This document shows, piece after piece, positions 62,681 through 64,000 of a DNA stretch of 64,000 bases (position 1 is its first letter; every line of letters begins with the position of its first letter). This DNA comes from Azolla caroliniana. Taxonomy: Eukaryota > Plantae > Polypodiophyta. Both the position numbers and the translations under genes were made by a program. Under the pieces are notes generated by a model. The model saw only the letters and a program-made list of their open reading frames with translations. It had not been told where the DNA came from and did no database searches. Location of the stretch: NCBI GenBank assembly GCA_043228905.1, contig JBHGNT010000008.1:20150001-20214000 (forward strand), in the 5' to 3' direction.

Positions 62681-63610
62681 GTTTAACTCTTCTTCTAACT
62701 GACTAAGGACATCAAATTTGTTTGCTAGATCTGGGATATTAGTACTATTAGGACTATCAGATATCCCTACTGAAATAGGCTCGGATTTAGTACAATTAGA
62801 ACTAGCGACTATTTGGTTTACCTGTCTTCTTGACCTATGGGGGCAATTTATTGCGATATGTCCTGGTCCACCGCAGTAAAGACATAGTCGATTTGTACGG
62901 TGTCGCTGCTTTTCTTCTTCGGATAATGGCCCTCGACGACGTGTAGTGTCAATCTCCATCGGAGTCGGAGTATTCGCTGGAGACGCATTATATGTCTCCC
63001 TCGGAAAAGGTCTTGCTACCACTGAGGCGTAGGTGGGCTCTGATCTTGCCCTCGGCATCTGTAGCTGTCGTTCCGAACGTCGCCGAATTTTGTTGATTGC
63101 GGTCCTGATGCTGTCAGTATCTCCGAAACATGCTTTAAACTCACCTAGAAACTCTTCAAAATTGTTGAGTAACGGAGATTCTTTTTCTAATAGTGGAGCG
63201 AACCATGACAACGCTGAGCCACTTAACAAAGTGCCTACTAAACCCACTCGTGATGCATCGGTGGGATATCGGGAAGGATGCATTTGAATAACTAATCGTA
63301 CCTGGTTAAGGAACCCTCTAAACTGCGATCGCGTTCCATCGAACTTCGTGGGAAGGCCAATCTTAGGTTCTTTATGAATCCCTTGTGTTCCGGGCCCATG
63401 TTGTTGCATCGCTACGATGGTGGCTTCGAGTTGTTGCACGCGTAACGCAAGTTCCCCATGTTGTTGTTGCGTTTGCTGCTTTTCTAAGGAGATTTGCTGA
63501 AGATCCCCCAGCAACCGTTGGTTTTCTTGTTCCAAAGCATGGAACTTCTCCTTCAAGCATTGGAATTCTGAGAAAACAGATTGATATTCTTCAGCGCTAA
63601 CAGTGGCCAT
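62675..63610 (-). CDS. Tcn1 gag (coiled coil, capsid, CCHC knuckle), probably with an in-frame internal deletion
   Basis: KFDGTRSQFRGFL, LSGSALSWF, PTPMEID, CLYCGGPGHIAINC; capsid C-terminal domain appears missing at INKIRR/RSERQ (~63080). Confidence 0.88.
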   Translation of the reverse strand: MATVSAEEYQSVFSEFQCLKEKFHALEQENQRLLGDLQQISLEKQQTQQQHGELALRVQQLEATIVAMQQHGPGTQGIHKEPKIGLPTKFDGTRSQFRGFLNQVRLVIQMHPSRYPTDASRVGLVGTLLSGSALSWFAPLLEKESPLLNNFEEFLGEFKACFGDTDSIRTAINKIRRRSERQLQMPRARSEPTYASVVARPFPRETYNASPANTPTPMEIDTTRRRGPLSEEEKQRHRTNRLCLYCGGPGHIAINCPHRSRRQVNQIVASSNCTKSEPISVGISDSPNSTNIPDLANKFDVLSQLEEELND

Positions 63611-63786
63611 GGGATGAAAGAAAAGAGGAATAAAAGATTAGTAGGAAATGAGAGAGACAGAAGGCAGAAAATTGGTTCAAACTGTCATGAACAGTACTGA
63701 GACAGAGAAGGAATTAGTACTAAACGAAGGATTAGTACTATGAGAGGTGTGGAACTTCTTCGAGAGAAGGAAGAAGTGAGCGAGAC

Positions 63787-63841
<55 letters not shown>

Positions 63842-64000
63842 TGATAAGAAAGATATTTATTATATGAAGAGAATATACAACGGTGGCTAAGAAGGCTTAA
63901 GACTGGCGTTGAACCAATTTGGTTCAACATAATGCCTAGTGCCCTCTTTTATAGTGTTTTCAGGAGTAATCCTGAAGCTTCTAGAATGTTCCAGAGAAAT

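Larger units (their letters stand above)
53976..64000 (-). mobile_element. Young Tcn1-like chromovirus Gypsy (3' LTR 53976-54414; 5' LTR 63683->64000)
   Basis: LTRs identical over the visible part except (GA)n length; [16 protein letters not shown]; non-tRNA self-complementary PBS; chromodomain; expected TSD ATACG (53971-53975). Confidence 0.95.

Noticed and set aside
63786-63838. (GA)n and (CA)n tracts in most LTRs
   Set aside because: Common in plant LTR R/U5 regions; nothing specific is supported here.

Overview
Eukaryotic, almost certainly non-seed land-plant (bryophyte-like; inferred from Tcn1- and Phygy-type Gypsy elements and a short GH19 chitinase) repeat-rich locus. Most of the window is nested transposons: an apparently intact 4-exon hAT transposase element, an L1 LINE remnant, several Copia elements and solo LTRs, three tRNA-Trp-primed Phygy-like Gypsy copies, a chromovirus remnant, a hAT MITE, and a young Copia>Tcn1-Gypsy>Copia nest at the right end. 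The only host gene is a secreted GH19 chitinase with three tandem hevein (CBM18) domains, accompanied by two deleted pseudogene copies. Most notable observations: a tRNA-like Pol III A/B-box cassette at the outer U3 edge of a self-priming chromovirus LTR; a ~145-bp U3 module shared between Copia and Gypsy LTRs; a conserved G_GAT_TTT -1 frameshift between protease and RT in Phygy-like elements; strong CCGG enrichment in one Copia family; and an intact Copia with a perfect TSD but a 5' LTR only 7 nt long. All coordinates, alignments and counts were made by eye; no database searches were run.
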